DNA from: Epithemia pelagica
Taxonomy: Eukaryota > Protista > Bacillariophyta
DNA: 64,000 bases
Direction: 5' to 3'
Assembly (NCBI GenBank): GCA_946965045.2
Contig: OX337232.1
Span: 3,782,001-3,846,000, forward strand
Notes under the pieces: model-generated
Seen by the model: the letters and a program-made list of their open reading frames with translations, nothing else
What the model was told of the DNA's origin: nothing
Databases searched by the model: none
Program-made: the position numbers and the translations under genes
In this document: positions 50,502 to 62,355 of the stretch, piece by piece
How the letters are laid out: every line of letters begins with the position of its first letter
Position numbering within the stretch: the first letter of the stretch is position 1

Positions 50502-51450
50502 TGTAGTTCACTTCACAAGTTTGGTTTGCACTCTACTGGAACGATTTCAGGTCATGAGCATAGGTTTTCAAAAGGAACCGAAATCAGCAGAATATGCGAC
50601 TCACCCAAGCAACATAGCCCTCAGTCGCTGTTCGATGTCGTCGCACGCACGCCGAGAAAGGAGCGGGACACAAAAAGGCCGCTCTCTCGAATTGCTCTTC
50701 CGATACATCTACTACTACGGAATAGACGGATATATCCTTGCATCATCCAGCTTTCCTCCTAGAAAACACAACAACAACAATAATAACGGATCAATACTTG
50801 GCTCAATCCTCCAGCTTGTTCCTCCACAACAACAACAAGAACAACAACAACAGAATGATATCTATTGCCACACGAAAAGGAGATTCGAACGCTGTACATC
50901 CAGAATCCAACTGTATGTGTAGGGGCGCAAACCACAACACACACACAGACACACACACGTGTCGGACAGGATCACTGTGGAGCAGACGAACGACGACACC
51001 AAAACTAGATTGGTAAAGAGGCTGACCACACACCCCGCTTTTCGTACTACCACTGTTCCTCCATGATCGAACCACAGAGAACGAGCGACTATAGTATGTG
51101 TGTATGTGCCTGTGCGTGTGTACTTGTTCCTCCGAAACGGCGTTTTGCGACGAGAAATGAAAGAACAAAAGGCTTGGATGCCATGTCCTATTATTAGGTA
51201 GGTAGCTCTCTTGGATGAAATGCGACCGACGCTTGGCCCTGGTCGATTCGCAGATTCCGTTCTGGAGAGGCCCACTTCGACCCTGTCCGTGTCCGTCCCT
51301 CCTCGACCCTACTAGAAGTGGTGCAAGGAAAGCGTCCCAGGAAGTACAAAGAAGAATATAGTTGATACGATGCTAGGTTTCTTTTTGTTTTTCTTTTACG
51401 ACAGGGTCGTTGCACACACTCATTTTCACACACAAATGGGATCGATCGAG

Positions 51451-51987
51451 TTAGGGTGAGAGTTTGGAGACACTGTCGTCGTCGTCGTCTTGTGGCAAAA
51501 AGCTGGGTGGCAATTCACAGGCTTCTTCCTTATCGGACAAGACACAGTCTTGACAAAACTCCAAGACTTGAGCGGGGTCAAAATCAAAAATATCTTCATA
51601 AACATCGCAATGTCCCGTGGCAATGCATCGATCGGCACAATAAATTTCCGGATGTTCTTGGGCCAATTTCTTGTCCTTGTGATATTGTCGCATGGACAAC
51701 AAATCGTCATGATCGTCGGCCGCTTCCAAGACGTGAAATTGGTAATTGTCTTGTTCCACATCGGGCATACTGTGACGATGATAGGAATGCAACATGGCCT
51801 CACGATTCTTGTGCATCCATTGCGCTTCAAATTCCTTCTTGTGTTGTTGTCGCGAGAATTCCTTGTCAATCATGTCGGCAATGTCTTGTTCCAAAAACAA
51901 TTTCGTCGTGCTCGTCGAAGGACGGGGCGGACAAAAGGCCGTCGTCGAACCGACCAAAAGGGTCAAGGCAAGGGTACGAGTCCACAT
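51451..51987 (-). CDS. Small putative plastid-targeted protein with a Cys-rich C-terminal domain (178 aa)
   Basis: MWTRTLALTLLVGSTTA|FCPP fits the diatom signal peptide + F(+1) transit peptide pattern. C-terminal CADRCIATGHC...FCQDC...EEAC. Confidence 0.75.
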   Translation of the reverse strand: MWTRTLALTLLVGSTTAFCPPRPSTSTTKLFLEQDIADMIDKEFSRQQHKKEFEAQWMHKNREAMLHSYHRHSMPDVEQDNYQFHVLEAADDHDDLLSMRQYHKDKKLAQEHPEIYCADRCIATGHCDVYEDIFDFDPAQVLEFCQDCVLSDKEEACELPPSFLPQDDDDDSVSKLSP

Positions 51988-53776
51988 GATACTGAGAAGG
52001 ATGATTCTGAAATCTAAAAACTGGTAGAAGAAAGGCAATTCAATCGGATTTGTGAGTCGACCAAGATGTTGCCGTGGGTTTTGACCCAACGACCCGTTTT
52101 GGAGTTCTGATTGTGCTTCGTGTCTCGTGTCGAACGTACCGTGTGTTTGGGTCTGTTCCAAGAGGTTCACTTTGAGCGTCTATTGTTCGGTTTGTTCTTC
52201 TTTGGTTCTTTTCTCAATCGAGAGAGGATGATGGCTCTTGTGTTGTTGTTTTTTGGGATTGCTTTTTGGTTTTGCTTGATGGGTCTTTGTCAAACGCAAT
52301 GGCATGTGTGTCTGTGAGAAGAACGACTCGGCCCCAACAACAGCTGTCCATTCCGAAACAAAGAATACGTCGTGTTGCCCTTTGGACTGCACCAATTGAC
52401 CTTTGACATGCGTGTGTGTCTTTTCGACCATCTGTTGGTTGGATGGATCGTGTGCGCAGATGGTGTCACCTCCGTGTCATTCTATATGCGACTGTAAATG
52501 CGACCAATAAATTCTTGAGTCGCGCCAAATAATTGGGTCGTAGATACGACCGGATCTACTCCAAGTTATTAAGAGGAGTAATACCTCTCTATAGTGACTC
52601 CGACCGATGCTCGATCCATACCATCCTGTATATCGTTCCTGTTTCTACTTGTTCCACCGATGACAATGGCATTGTACATAGTTCGCAAGCCACCAAGGGA
52701 TCCAAAGGTGGTCTGGTGTGCACACAGGTTTCTCTCTTGTGTATTGTACGTGTGGTCTTGCCCGTGACCAGTGGTCTGGTTCTGGATTCATGGTGGTTGT
52801 GTGAAACAGACTCTCTCCATGCCGCCAACCCACTCTCTCTCACACACACACACACACAAAAGTCCAGGATGGTGGAGTCGCAACCCCCGACCGAGAGAGA
52901 GAGAGAAAGTCAGTGGCAGAGACCAATTCATATACCGGGGAGCGAGTGTCTAGGGACGAACAATTGGTGTGGCAGATTCGGTTTCGTAGTCTTGCACAAA
53001 AACCACTCTTGGTCCGACCAGGAATGTGAATCGTACACACACACACACACATTGGTTGTCCCCAAGAGGACCGTGTCGGTTTTTGTTTCGGTTTTGTTGG
53101 GAATCGGTTTTATTACTAGGAGGAGGGTCGTCGACACTGGAATTCAAAGGGTGGAACCAACACGAGTCCGGTGGTATAGTCCTATTGTGAGTTTGGAGCA
53201 CTAGACTACTCCTGCCGCTCGTATTCGGAGTTTGGAGAAGCCGGACCAAGTCGTGATTGGTGGGTTCCCAAACGTCCAGCAACAAGTCCCGTTGGACGGC
53301 ACAGGGTGGTTCTGGTTCGGGGGCAAGCATCCACGACACCATGGACGACGACAACAACAATGTCGACGACAAGCGCATGACGTTGGCGCGTGGCCAACCG
53401 TCTGGCGTCGTCTTGTTGTGGGACTGTGTTGGCAATGGCGGTAGATTCAAAAAGGTTTGCAATTGCTCGTCCAAGCGATGGGGATATTGCACCAATTCAT
53501 ATGCTGGTAATTGACAATCCACATGTGGAAGGGATCCAACCAGGACCGACCAATGTGGTGTTGGAGCCAATGGGCATGGAGGGCGACATTGTAGAGGGGC
53601 GTCGACCACCCCATGACTGATAGGGTGGCTTCCCCTTGCGTACCACAAATTCGGCAAAGGACAACAAGACGGACAATGATTGTGAGGAGGAGGAGGAGGA
53701 GGAATTGGAGTTGTGGTGATTGTCGGAGGATGGCCGCACGAGTGGATGTCCCCTGCTTTTGTACTAAGTGGAAGGA

Positions 53777-55042
53777 TCATTTGGCAAGTCCTCTTTTGAC
53801 CCCGGTGGAAATGTCTTGGTGATAGGCTGGGGATCGCACATATTCCAACAAACGACTCTCTTGTTTCTTGACCCAAAAACACTTGTTCCAGACATGTTGC
53901 ACATCTGTCGCACACTTTTCATTTGGTTCACCACCATAACAAATTCCTTCCAAATCGTCATGTTGCCAATATCCTTCGTGGGGTCTGACACGGTTTCGAT
54001 ACACAGTCCAGGCATGTTCAAAGGCCGGATCGTTCAACACTTGAAGTGTAAATGTGCATTGGTGAATATAATACGGCAATGTGAAGCATACATTTTTATG
54101 ACGAGGGGCCTTTTGTATTGTCACTTGGAGACGGTGATGGTAGGCTTGCATCCACTGTTTCATGATCAAATTTCCGGGGGACGATGCCAAGAAAAAATTG
54201 TCAATCATGCGGGCCGGATCCGCCAGTTGCTCCTCCGCAAGAATGGACTTGCCTCGAACATGGCAGGTGGCATATTGTTGGAGTTGCGAATGATTCATGG
54301 CACCCGCCAGCTGAAAGTGCGGCGGAGCATAAAAGCCGTCCGTGGGTCCCACCAGTTGGCCGAGGTAGTCTTCGAGGGGCCGCAGGGGGCAAATTGAGGT
54401 ATCGGTATAGACACCACCGTACAAGGTCAGGAGCTCGGTGCGAAGCAGATTGGCTAGTTTGATGCGGCAAACCCGATGATGATTGGCTATTGGTTGGCCA
54501 CGGCGATCAAATAGAGGAATACTTTGCAAACGGGCAAATTTGGGAGCGAGTTGCTTGGCTTGTGTTTGATTGAGGATGCGAATCTCCCAGGTGGGATGCA
54601 AGATCTGCCATGCCTTGACGCATGCATAGTCGGCCTGATATTTGTTGGGTTCGGAATGGGGACCGCCAATGTGCGCCAAGTGGTCGAGTCCTCGATCCCA
54701 ATACATCCAGATAATTTTCGGAATGCCGTGAATAGTAGTACTGCTCGTAGTGTTGCTGGTCGTCGTCGTCGGAGGAGGAGAAATCATCCTCGTTGGAACA
54801 GACGACACCAAGGATGTGGATATTGAGTAATTTGCTGCTGGAACAGTCATTCGAGGAGACTTCTTAGCTGGGGGCAGCGAGTCTTGGTAGCATTCGATTG
54901 GGTCGCCACTACAGCTCACAGTCCCCAAAAGGATGGCGAGTTGTTGCAGGATTCTCAATTCCAATAGAGTCACCAAGAGGAGTGTCGCCGCCAGTACCAT
55001 CGTCCTGCGACGTCGACACAACAACAAGCGCATCATGATCAT
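53777..55042 (-). CDS. Glycosyltransferase, GT32/Caps_synth (DXD sugar-binding) family, type II membrane
   Basis: N-terminal TM, IPKIIWMYWDRG, HPTWEIRILN, ANLLRTELLTLYGGVYTDTS, DNFFLAS. Confidence 0.85.
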   Translation of the reverse strand: MIMMRLLLCRRRRTMVLAATLLLVTLLELRILQQLAILLGTVSCSGDPIECYQDSLPPAKKSPRMTVPAANYSISTSLVSSVPTRMISPPPTTTTSNTTSSTTIHGIPKIIWMYWDRGLDHLAHIGGPHSEPNKYQADYACVKAWQILHPTWEIRILNQTQAKQLAPKFARLQSIPLFDRRGQPIANHHRVCRIKLANLLRTELLTLYGGVYTDTSICPLRPLEDYLGQLVGPTDGFYAPPHFQLAGAMNHSQLQQYATCHVRGKSILAEEQLADPARMIDNFFLASSPGNLIMKQWMQAYHHRLQVTIQKAPRHKNVCFTLPYYIHQCTFTLQVLNDPAFEHAWTVYRNRVRPHEGYWQHDDLEGICYGGEPNEKCATDVQHVWNKCFWVKKQESRLLEYVRSPAYHQDISTGVKRGLAK

Positions 55043-55995
55043 GGTGGATTAGTTGAGAGCCACTACGAGAAATTGTTTGAAGCCCTTCTCCGCACAAAGA
55101 ATAGATAGAGAATAGCGAAGACTATTGTATGCATTTCCCAACCAAAATTTGAAAAGATGAGACGCGAGCTCAAATCGATGCGGGTAGGTTTCCCGCGCAT
55201 CCCATCCTTTGCGGGACCAAATACCCGCGTGCTCCGCAGTTCCCTTCTATATCGGGTTTTATGTACGCTGCACATATTTGACGTACGGGCGGTCAGACCT
55301 AGATAGCACCAAATCGTGTTGTAGGTGCTAGTAGTGCGGTGCCAGGGATCAGCACCGCGGTGCTGCGCATCCGATGCGCAGAACCTTCCGGAGCTACAAT
55401 ACTCCTGCAGATTGTACTACCTACTATGCCTTATGTAGGGCTATCAAACTTAGGTAAGGGCTGGGTAAGCCGATCTCAATGTACATCAAAGTTTAAGCGG
55501 GATCAAGAAGCGGGATTGGACCACGTCACGGAGCCTGCGCATTGATTGTGAGCGAAGAGAGAGAGCCGGGCGAGATCCAGAGAACATCGCCGGCACACCG
55601 AACAGGAAATAGATGAGGCAGAACAGGCGTGCAATTCGGAAGTCGAATTTGAGAAAGTATGTGTATCACATCTACTGCGACAAAACACTTCCTGTTCAAT
55701 CTCTGAAGTGCCATCATACAAGAACCAAGGACTCGGCCTTTCAAGAGACTTGGCTTATATGGAAACAGACAACAATGCGCCAAAATGAGGTCCCTAGTGG
55801 AGCGCAAGCATCGACCAGATCCACTAAGCCAAAGACGCAACAAACAAGACAAGAGGGAGAAGGAGCTCTCACTCTTTGGATTTCCTACGGTTCGACGGCG
55901 AAGGCTTGATCACCTTTGGCGTTGTTCTGAGTTCTCTGAGGAGCTGAATCTCCAACTTCGGTTTCGCTGCGCTCACCCTCTCTTTCCTCTCGGTC

Positions 55996-58428
55996 ATGTC
56001 TGTTCCTCCGCCTCCTCCTGCTGATGATGAGGATACTGTCCTCGCTTCGCTCGTCGCTCAGGCGTCGATTGCCACTCCCTCCGCTATTGGGGCCGCCCGT
56101 TCGTCTACGTCGGCTCTAAGGGGGGACCGCGGTCAGATCTCTTTTGCGGAACCCGCGGAAGACATGATGCAAGCATCGGACTCTACTACTTTCCCATCGT
56201 CCACGTTGTCGACCCTCGGTCGTCACACGTCGTCAAGTAAGTTTGGAGTGGTTGTTCTACGTACAAGAGAATGCGCCGAAAAGTTGTTGTGTTTGGGCCT
56301 CAAACGAGGCGGTAGCACCTTTTGCATTGACCCCAAGTGCGCGAAAGCCGGGGACCATGGAACTGGACTGCCCGCCTACGATTTGGGGCCCAATGGAGGA
56401 CTGTTTATTGTCAAGAACCCAGCCTCCGCTTTCTGTACCCCCGTGGTACCTCTAGAAGACATTTCTCAGACCACACTTGAAGAAATTCAGGGCGAGAAAC
56501 ATTCTATGGAAGACTGGACGAAGAAATTCGTCGCTCTCAAACGCTTAAAACAAGTCACAAACGAAGGAAACCAAGAAGCAAGCCTCAAGGAAACGGAAAA
56601 CAAGATCTCAAGCATGAAGGATTTACGCACTCCGTTTACTTTACAGAAATCCAAGTCGAAGACCACTTCTTTTCTAGTTCAGAACTTTTCCCCACACCAC
56701 AAGATCTTAACTGGCGAACTAAAGGAAGTTGTTCGCCAGATTTCGTCTGATTCGACCCTCATCCCCACCACCATCCGTGAGATCGAGGACTCAGTCACAG
56801 AAGCAGGTGACATCATTCGAGCTCTTTTCTTGGAACAAGAGGAGATGGCTAGGGAAACAGGAGATGCGGTAGAAGGTCTCGGAGTCAAATTCGACCAACT
56901 CTCTATGGAAATTGGACCCCGCGAAGAATTGCCCGAAGAATACCAAGCTCCCACCCTCTGGGGGATCATTTCTTCTATGATCAGGAGCATCCAGGAAACA
57001 TCACCGTCGACAGCTGAAGCAAACCAACAAGCAATGGACAGTCGACTTGCTGGGGTGGAATCGTCGATTGGAACCTTCTTCTCACGCGTTCAAGCTGAGA
57101 TGTCATCCAAGCTCTCAGCCGCTCAAATCGAATCTCGAAATGGTGTGGACAAGCTCCGTTCTCAGTTTGTCAAAGGTTTTGAGGGTCTAATCGGTAGGAT
57201 GTCGGCCCTTGAATCTAATTCCTCCACAGCAGAAAAACTTTTGGAACTGGAAAGTAAATTGCAAGCTCATGACATGGCATTGAATCGGGTTGCAACTCGA
57301 ACCGCGTTTCCCTCTGGATCCTCTAGCATCCCAGCGCCTGACTTTTCGAAAGATCCAAAATTCATGGCGATGGAAGCTGAGATTGCACATCTTCGAACCA
57401 TCGTCAAGGACGCAAACACTGTGATGCAACGTCTCCAAAGCAAAGTGGACACATCTGCTATCAAGTTCGGGAATCTTGGCGTGGCGTCGGTCGACGACTG
57501 CAAAGCCTGGGTGGCCCTCAAGTTTGGATCCCAAGCCTATGGACTCTTGTTCGATCTCAATCTTGTCTTGGAATGGTGTGCTCCTCAAGAAAACGGTGAC
57601 GTTCTCTCCATGCTCACGACCATGGAGAAACGTCACAAAATGCAGATTGCAACCACGAATGAAGCTCGAGCCATTTACTCCATGAAGAATGAATTCCCCC
57701 AGTTGTTGTACAAAGACTTCCCTGGTACGGGTCGTGACCCCTCCTTTCTTACAGCAATGAAGGAGTTTGCGGACTGGGAGACTCCGGAAACAGGAGTGCG
57801 CGATAGAATCCTCAATCGTTTGGGCAACATGAACTCGATGTTTGGGGAGCAGATTGCAACTACGATGTCTGCTGAACTAGAGGCGCGGGCATTAGCACTA
57901 TCGATGCTATCTGTTTCGGTCGGTTGTTGTCGCGAACTTGTGACTTACTTTGACGAGACCATGAATGAACTCACTATCAAGTCGAAGTTTACTACCCGTA
58001 AGGCTTTTAGCCTTGTCACGCAAGTTGTCCGCCGCTTCTTCATGGATTTGTACAAGGTGCGGGCTCAGGTTTACTCCTCCTTGTCCACCACCGACAGTGC
58101 GGGGCAATGTGCATGGATCCTCTATGGGGTTCTACGCACGCATGACGTCATGACCGAATACGTCAAAGCCCGTTTCAAAAATCACCCGTCGGTTTCTAGC
58201 GAATACATTCGCTTTTTATCTACCAATTCTGGCTTCGAATCCTTGAAGACACTAGAGGATCAAGTCGACAGTTTGAAGAAAACCTCTTGTCAGTTAGTTA
58301 AAGATGTTACAGCCGCCAAAAAGGCTTCGGACACGGCTAGCAGCTCTATCGACACTGTCAAGAAAGATGTGACGGAGCTGAAAAAGCAAGCTCAACGCCG
58401 CAATGGTCAGGGTGGTGACAAAAAGTGA
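55996..58428 (+). CDS. ORF1, gag-like (810 aa; N-terminal Cys/His cluster, coiled coils)
   Basis: Long ORF upstream of the RT; CLG...FCIDPKC...H cluster; ends TGA in frame with pol. Confidence 0.75.
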   Translation: MSVPPPPPADDEDTVLASLVAQASIATPSAIGAARSSTSALRGDRGQISFAEPAEDMMQASDSTTFPSSTLSTLGRHTSSSKFGVVVLRTRECAEKLLCLGLKRGGSTFCIDPKCAKAGDHGTGLPAYDLGPNGGLFIVKNPASAFCTPVVPLEDISQTTLEEIQGEKHSMEDWTKKFVALKRLKQVTNEGNQEASLKETENKISSMKDLRTPFTLQKSKSKTTSFLVQNFSPHHKILTGELKEVVRQISSDSTLIPTTIREIEDSVTEAGDIIRALFLEQEEMARETGDAVEGLGVKFDQLSMEIGPREELPEEYQAPTLWGIISSMIRSIQETSPSTAEANQQAMDSRLAGVESSIGTFFSRVQAEMSSKLSAAQIESRNGVDKLRSQFVKGFEGLIGRMSALESNSSTAEKLLELESKLQAHDMALNRVATRTAFPSGSSSIPAPDFSKDPKFMAMEAEIAHLRTIVKDANTVMQRLQSKVDTSAIKFGNLGVASVDDCKAWVALKFGSQAYGLLFDLNLVLEWCAPQENGDVLSMLTTMEKRHKMQIATTNEARAIYSMKNEFPQLLYKDFPGTGRDPSFLTAMKEFADWETPETGVRDRILNRLGNMNSMFGEQIATTMSAELEARALALSMLSVSVGCCRELVTYFDETMNELTIKSKFTTRKAFSLVTQVVRRFFMDLYKVRAQVYSSLSTTDSAGQCAWILYGVLRTHDVMTEYVKARFKNHPSVSSEYIRFLSTNSGFESLKTLEDQVDSLKKTSCQLVKDVTAAKKASDTASSSIDTVKKDVTELKKQAQRRNGQGGDKK

Positions 58429-61400
58429 CGGTGTGCCGCGTCTAACCTAGATGATGATGTTTCATGTGATCCATCTGGTTTAGACGCAGGTAGTATTGCT
58501 TCTTCGCTCAGCAGCCATCATCCGCCAGATCCTCCTGCTAGCATAAAGCGTTCGGCTCCTCCTCCATCTGTCACCATTCGAACAAAGCGTCCATGTGTTC
58601 GAGCAGTTGATCGCGGGTCCAAGACCTTTCGCAGTGATCTTTCGTGCTTGATCCTTGGTCAATCCGCTATTACCTGGGGTCTTGCATTGAGTGTGGGTGA
58701 CTGGCATGGCATTTACATGCTGGCCAGTGAGTACGAGGCACGACGGGCTGACCCTTTTTGGAGCGCTGTTTTGGCTCATTGCCATGACAAATTGCATCTG
58801 GTTCCAAGCATCGACATGGTTTTGGGTCGTGGTATCATTTCTGTGGTATTGTTGGAGGGAGATCCGGACTTCTTAGCTTCTTCATTGGCGCTTGTCCCTT
58901 CCAGTTGGCCGGTACTGCTTCTCTTACCATCGGGATGGTCTCGACCACATTTGCCTCAAGTCTAATGGTTAGCCGTCACTCATAAGCAGTGCGGCGGAGT
59001 TACTACCGCTCGGGTGCATGTTGGACGGCGTGGTTTGCCGCCTTTATTCTTCAAGTTATCGTCACGCCGCACGATTGGATCTATCCTGATACATTCGGTT
59101 CGACCTGAACCGTGCTCCCCGCCGTCCGTATCCTTGTCAACTTACGGGAGTGACGACTTACTCCATACCCGTCAACTGGACAAACCGGTCAAGTTCGCCA
59201 CTCGGTTTTACAAGAACGGCTGGGGCTCCCGTTCCCTTACCCCGTTGGAACTGGGTGCAGCTTTTGACCTCCCATTGTGGATCATGCAGATAAACGATTC
59301 GTTTGATTGGTGGATCCAGCATGTGTTGTCCCCTCGTTTCACACCCGTCAAAATCCCAGGCCAAGTCTTGACCACCGCCCTCCCTTTCCTCGAGCCGGTG
59401 CTGATTCACCATCTTAGCACCGCTGGCACCAAACACGGTGGTCCACCGTCCCCTTTGCGTCCCGTCAAACGAGGACGGTGGCTGTCAGCCCTGGCCGAAC
59501 ACACGCAGAATGGCGTACTGGGCACACATATTCCTTCTTTACCCGCCTTCTTGCCTCACGCTGCTTGGTTAGATGATTCCAAAATATCGGATATTGCCGT
59601 CAAATCTGATGACGCGGTCGCACCTTTTTGGATATGGAACGGTCGGATTCGTGGATTGTTTCCTTGGATTTCTGATCGGGCTCTGGCTGGGTTTCGTTTA
59701 CTTGGGCTCCGTTGGTGGCGTCGTCGACTGTATCGAAGCTTTATCGCCTATTTACGTCTTCGGTTTGGACAGGCATGGCCATCTTTGGTGTCCGATTCGA
59801 CACTCCAGGGGGGGGACTCTGAATTTTCGTTGCACTCTGCTCCTCTTGTGCGTGCCGCTGGATGTCAAGTGCTTTCGCAATTGTTGGCAAGCACGTGGTG
59901 GGATTGGGATGAAGGATCTTCTCTCATTTTTTGGCGGTGGAATGGCCTCGACCAACAAAATGAGGCCTGGTTTGGGACACCCATTCATGTCACCGGTGCT
60001 CTTCCGTCCTATCATCGCAAGCAACGTCCTCCTTCCGACGATATGCTTGCTCAAGTCGGCGCTAAACTTTCGACAGTCTTGAACCGCGGGTATTTTGATC
60101 TCAACGCGCCTATTGCAAGCATGTCGGACTACTTTGCCGTACCAAAAGGTGACAGCGATATTCGTATGGTCTACAACGGCACAAGTTGTGGACTCAATGC
60201 ATCGTTGTGGGCCCCAAACTTTTGGTTACCATCTTCCGAATCTGCGCTACGTCTCCTAACGTGCGATTCCTACTGTGGTGACATGGACTTAGGCGAGATG
60301 TTTCTCAACTTCCCGATGGACATTCGCCTTCGTCCATTTGCTGGTGTTGATTTAACTCCGTTACGTGACCATCTTGCTACACCACCATCTGAATCCAAAC
60401 CCAAGCTCGCACGTTGGAACCGCCTTTTCATGGGCATGTTGCCCAGTCCTTTCCATGCGGCGCGGCATTACTACATTGCGGAAGAAATGGCCAAGGGATC
60501 CCCGCAAGACCCGACGAGCCCGTGTGGGTTTGATGCTGTGCGGTTCAACATTCCAGGGTCCGCCGACTACACACCAACACTTCCCTGGGTGATGAAATGG
60601 AACTCGAAGCTAGACAACATTGCGGGTGATGTGGTAACCTATATGGACGACCTTCGAACTGTCGGGTCGTCTGCTGAGCACGTATGGCAAGTGGCAAGAC
60701 GGTTGGGCTCTCGATTACAATACTTGGGCATTCAAGATGCTCCTCGAAAGCGCCGCCCACCGTCGAAAACACCAGGAGCTTGGGCGGGCAGCGTCCATCA
60801 CATTTCGGAGTCAGCAGTGTCGAAAACGCTGACGCAAAAGAAATGGGATAAGGGGAAAGCCCTGTTGAAGAAATACGTGGAAGCGTTTGCCGAAAGCGAC
60901 GCTCCAATCTTCGACCACAAACAAATGCAGAGAGATGTCGGTTTCTTCGTCCACCAAGCCCTGACCTTTAGTTCCATGATGCCATTTTTGAAGGGCTTTT
61001 ACTTGACGATGAATGTCTGGCGGCCGGACCGGAACGGGGATGGCTGGAAGCTTTCGACAAGAGAATGGATATCTCAGTTGCAGGAAAAACTTTCGGATGC
61101 CGAGGTGAATACCTTGTGTGGTTTCCTAGAAGAAGACGAGGAAAGCGAACCGTCCATGCAAGATACAAAGGAGACAAAAGTGCGTTCGGAAAATCCACCG
61201 AAGTCAGTGAAAGCTGTTCCGCGTCTCAAGTCGGATGTCAAAGCGCTGGCAGCGATGCTCGCGGAAGAAGAGCCTCCAAAGGTCCAAGTGAGATCTTTGT
61301 CCGTTTACGTGGCCTTGTTTGGTTGTGGAGACGCGTCGGGATGCGGATTCGGCGCGGCCTTCCAGTTGCCACAGAAGAAATTGTCCTACAGAGTGGGCGT

Positions 61401-62355
61401 CTGGGGGAGAGACATTGTTGTTGAAGAATCCTCCAACTGGAAAGAGTTTACCAACTGTGTTGAGTCGCTCAAGGAAGAAGCAACAACAGGCCAACTTGAT
61501 TCCACGGAAGTATTCTTCTTCACCGATAATTCCACGGTGGAAAGGTGTTTCTATAAGGGGTCGTCGTCCAGCCCAAAACTCCTAGACCTCGTAATTCGTT
61601 TGAGGCGACTAGAGATGAAGCATGCCCTGAGACTTCACATTTCTCACGTCTCGGGTAAACGGATGATCGCTGTTGGAGTTGACGGAATTTCAAGAGGTCA
61701 GTTGAATGAAGGGGTGATGGCAGGATCGCCTATGCTGTCCTACATCCCCCTTCACAAAACTCCTATCCAAATGTCAGATACCCTCTTTGAATGGGTCCGA
61801 TCTTGGTTGGGTGCCAAGACGGAGCTCCTAACCCCCATGGATTGGTTCACCACTGGCCATGACATCAGGGGATGGACGCTCCCGTCGGATCATAACGATC
61901 TGTCCCTGCCAATCCTTCGGCCAGGACATTTCGTATGGGCTCCTCCCCCGGGAGGAGCAGACGTGGCTTTAGAAGAGCTTCCAAAAGCCCGTCATAAGCG
62001 TCAGTCTTCCATGCACGTCTTCTTGTGCCAACGCTTACTTACACCTAAGTGGTTTAAACAATTGCACAAGGCTTGCGACCTTGTGCTGGAAATTCCAGCG
62101 GGAACTTCGTTTTGGCCTGAAGGAAACTTTGAACCTCTAATCGTTGGTCTTGTTTTTCCGTTTATCAGGTCACAGCCATGGCAACTCCGAGGAACACCGA
62201 AGATGTTCTCAATGGATTGGAAATTGCGCAAAATGTGGAAAGAAGATCCCGTGGGTGGACGGGATCTTCTGCGCAAATTTTGCGTACAGTGTTGGAAAAT
62301 GCGCTCCATGTCGGAGCGCATGGTGTCCAGAGTGTTATTCTTTGAGCGACGATGA
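58429..62355 (+). CDS. pol: C5-MTase-like remnant, reverse transcriptase, RNase H, DIRS-type adenine-MTase-like domain; one in-frame TAA at 58963
   Basis: RT FAVPKGDSDIRMVYNG, DLGEMFLNF, LFMGMLPSP, TYMDD, LQYLG. RH GDASG, SSNWKE, FTDNS, DGISRG. C-terminal FVWAPPP resembles the NPPF motif of the DIRS MT domain. Confidence 0.85.

Noticed and set aside
43290-50540. Possible LINE TSD GAGTG(TG)CAA and AAAAATAATAA tail
   Set aside because: Short and imperfect match, not distinguishable from chance without other copies.
52950-53915. 321-aa minus-strand ORF
   Set aside because: Overlaps the glycosyltransferase 3' end, has no credible start or recognisable domain. It may contain a gene remnant but cannot be supported.
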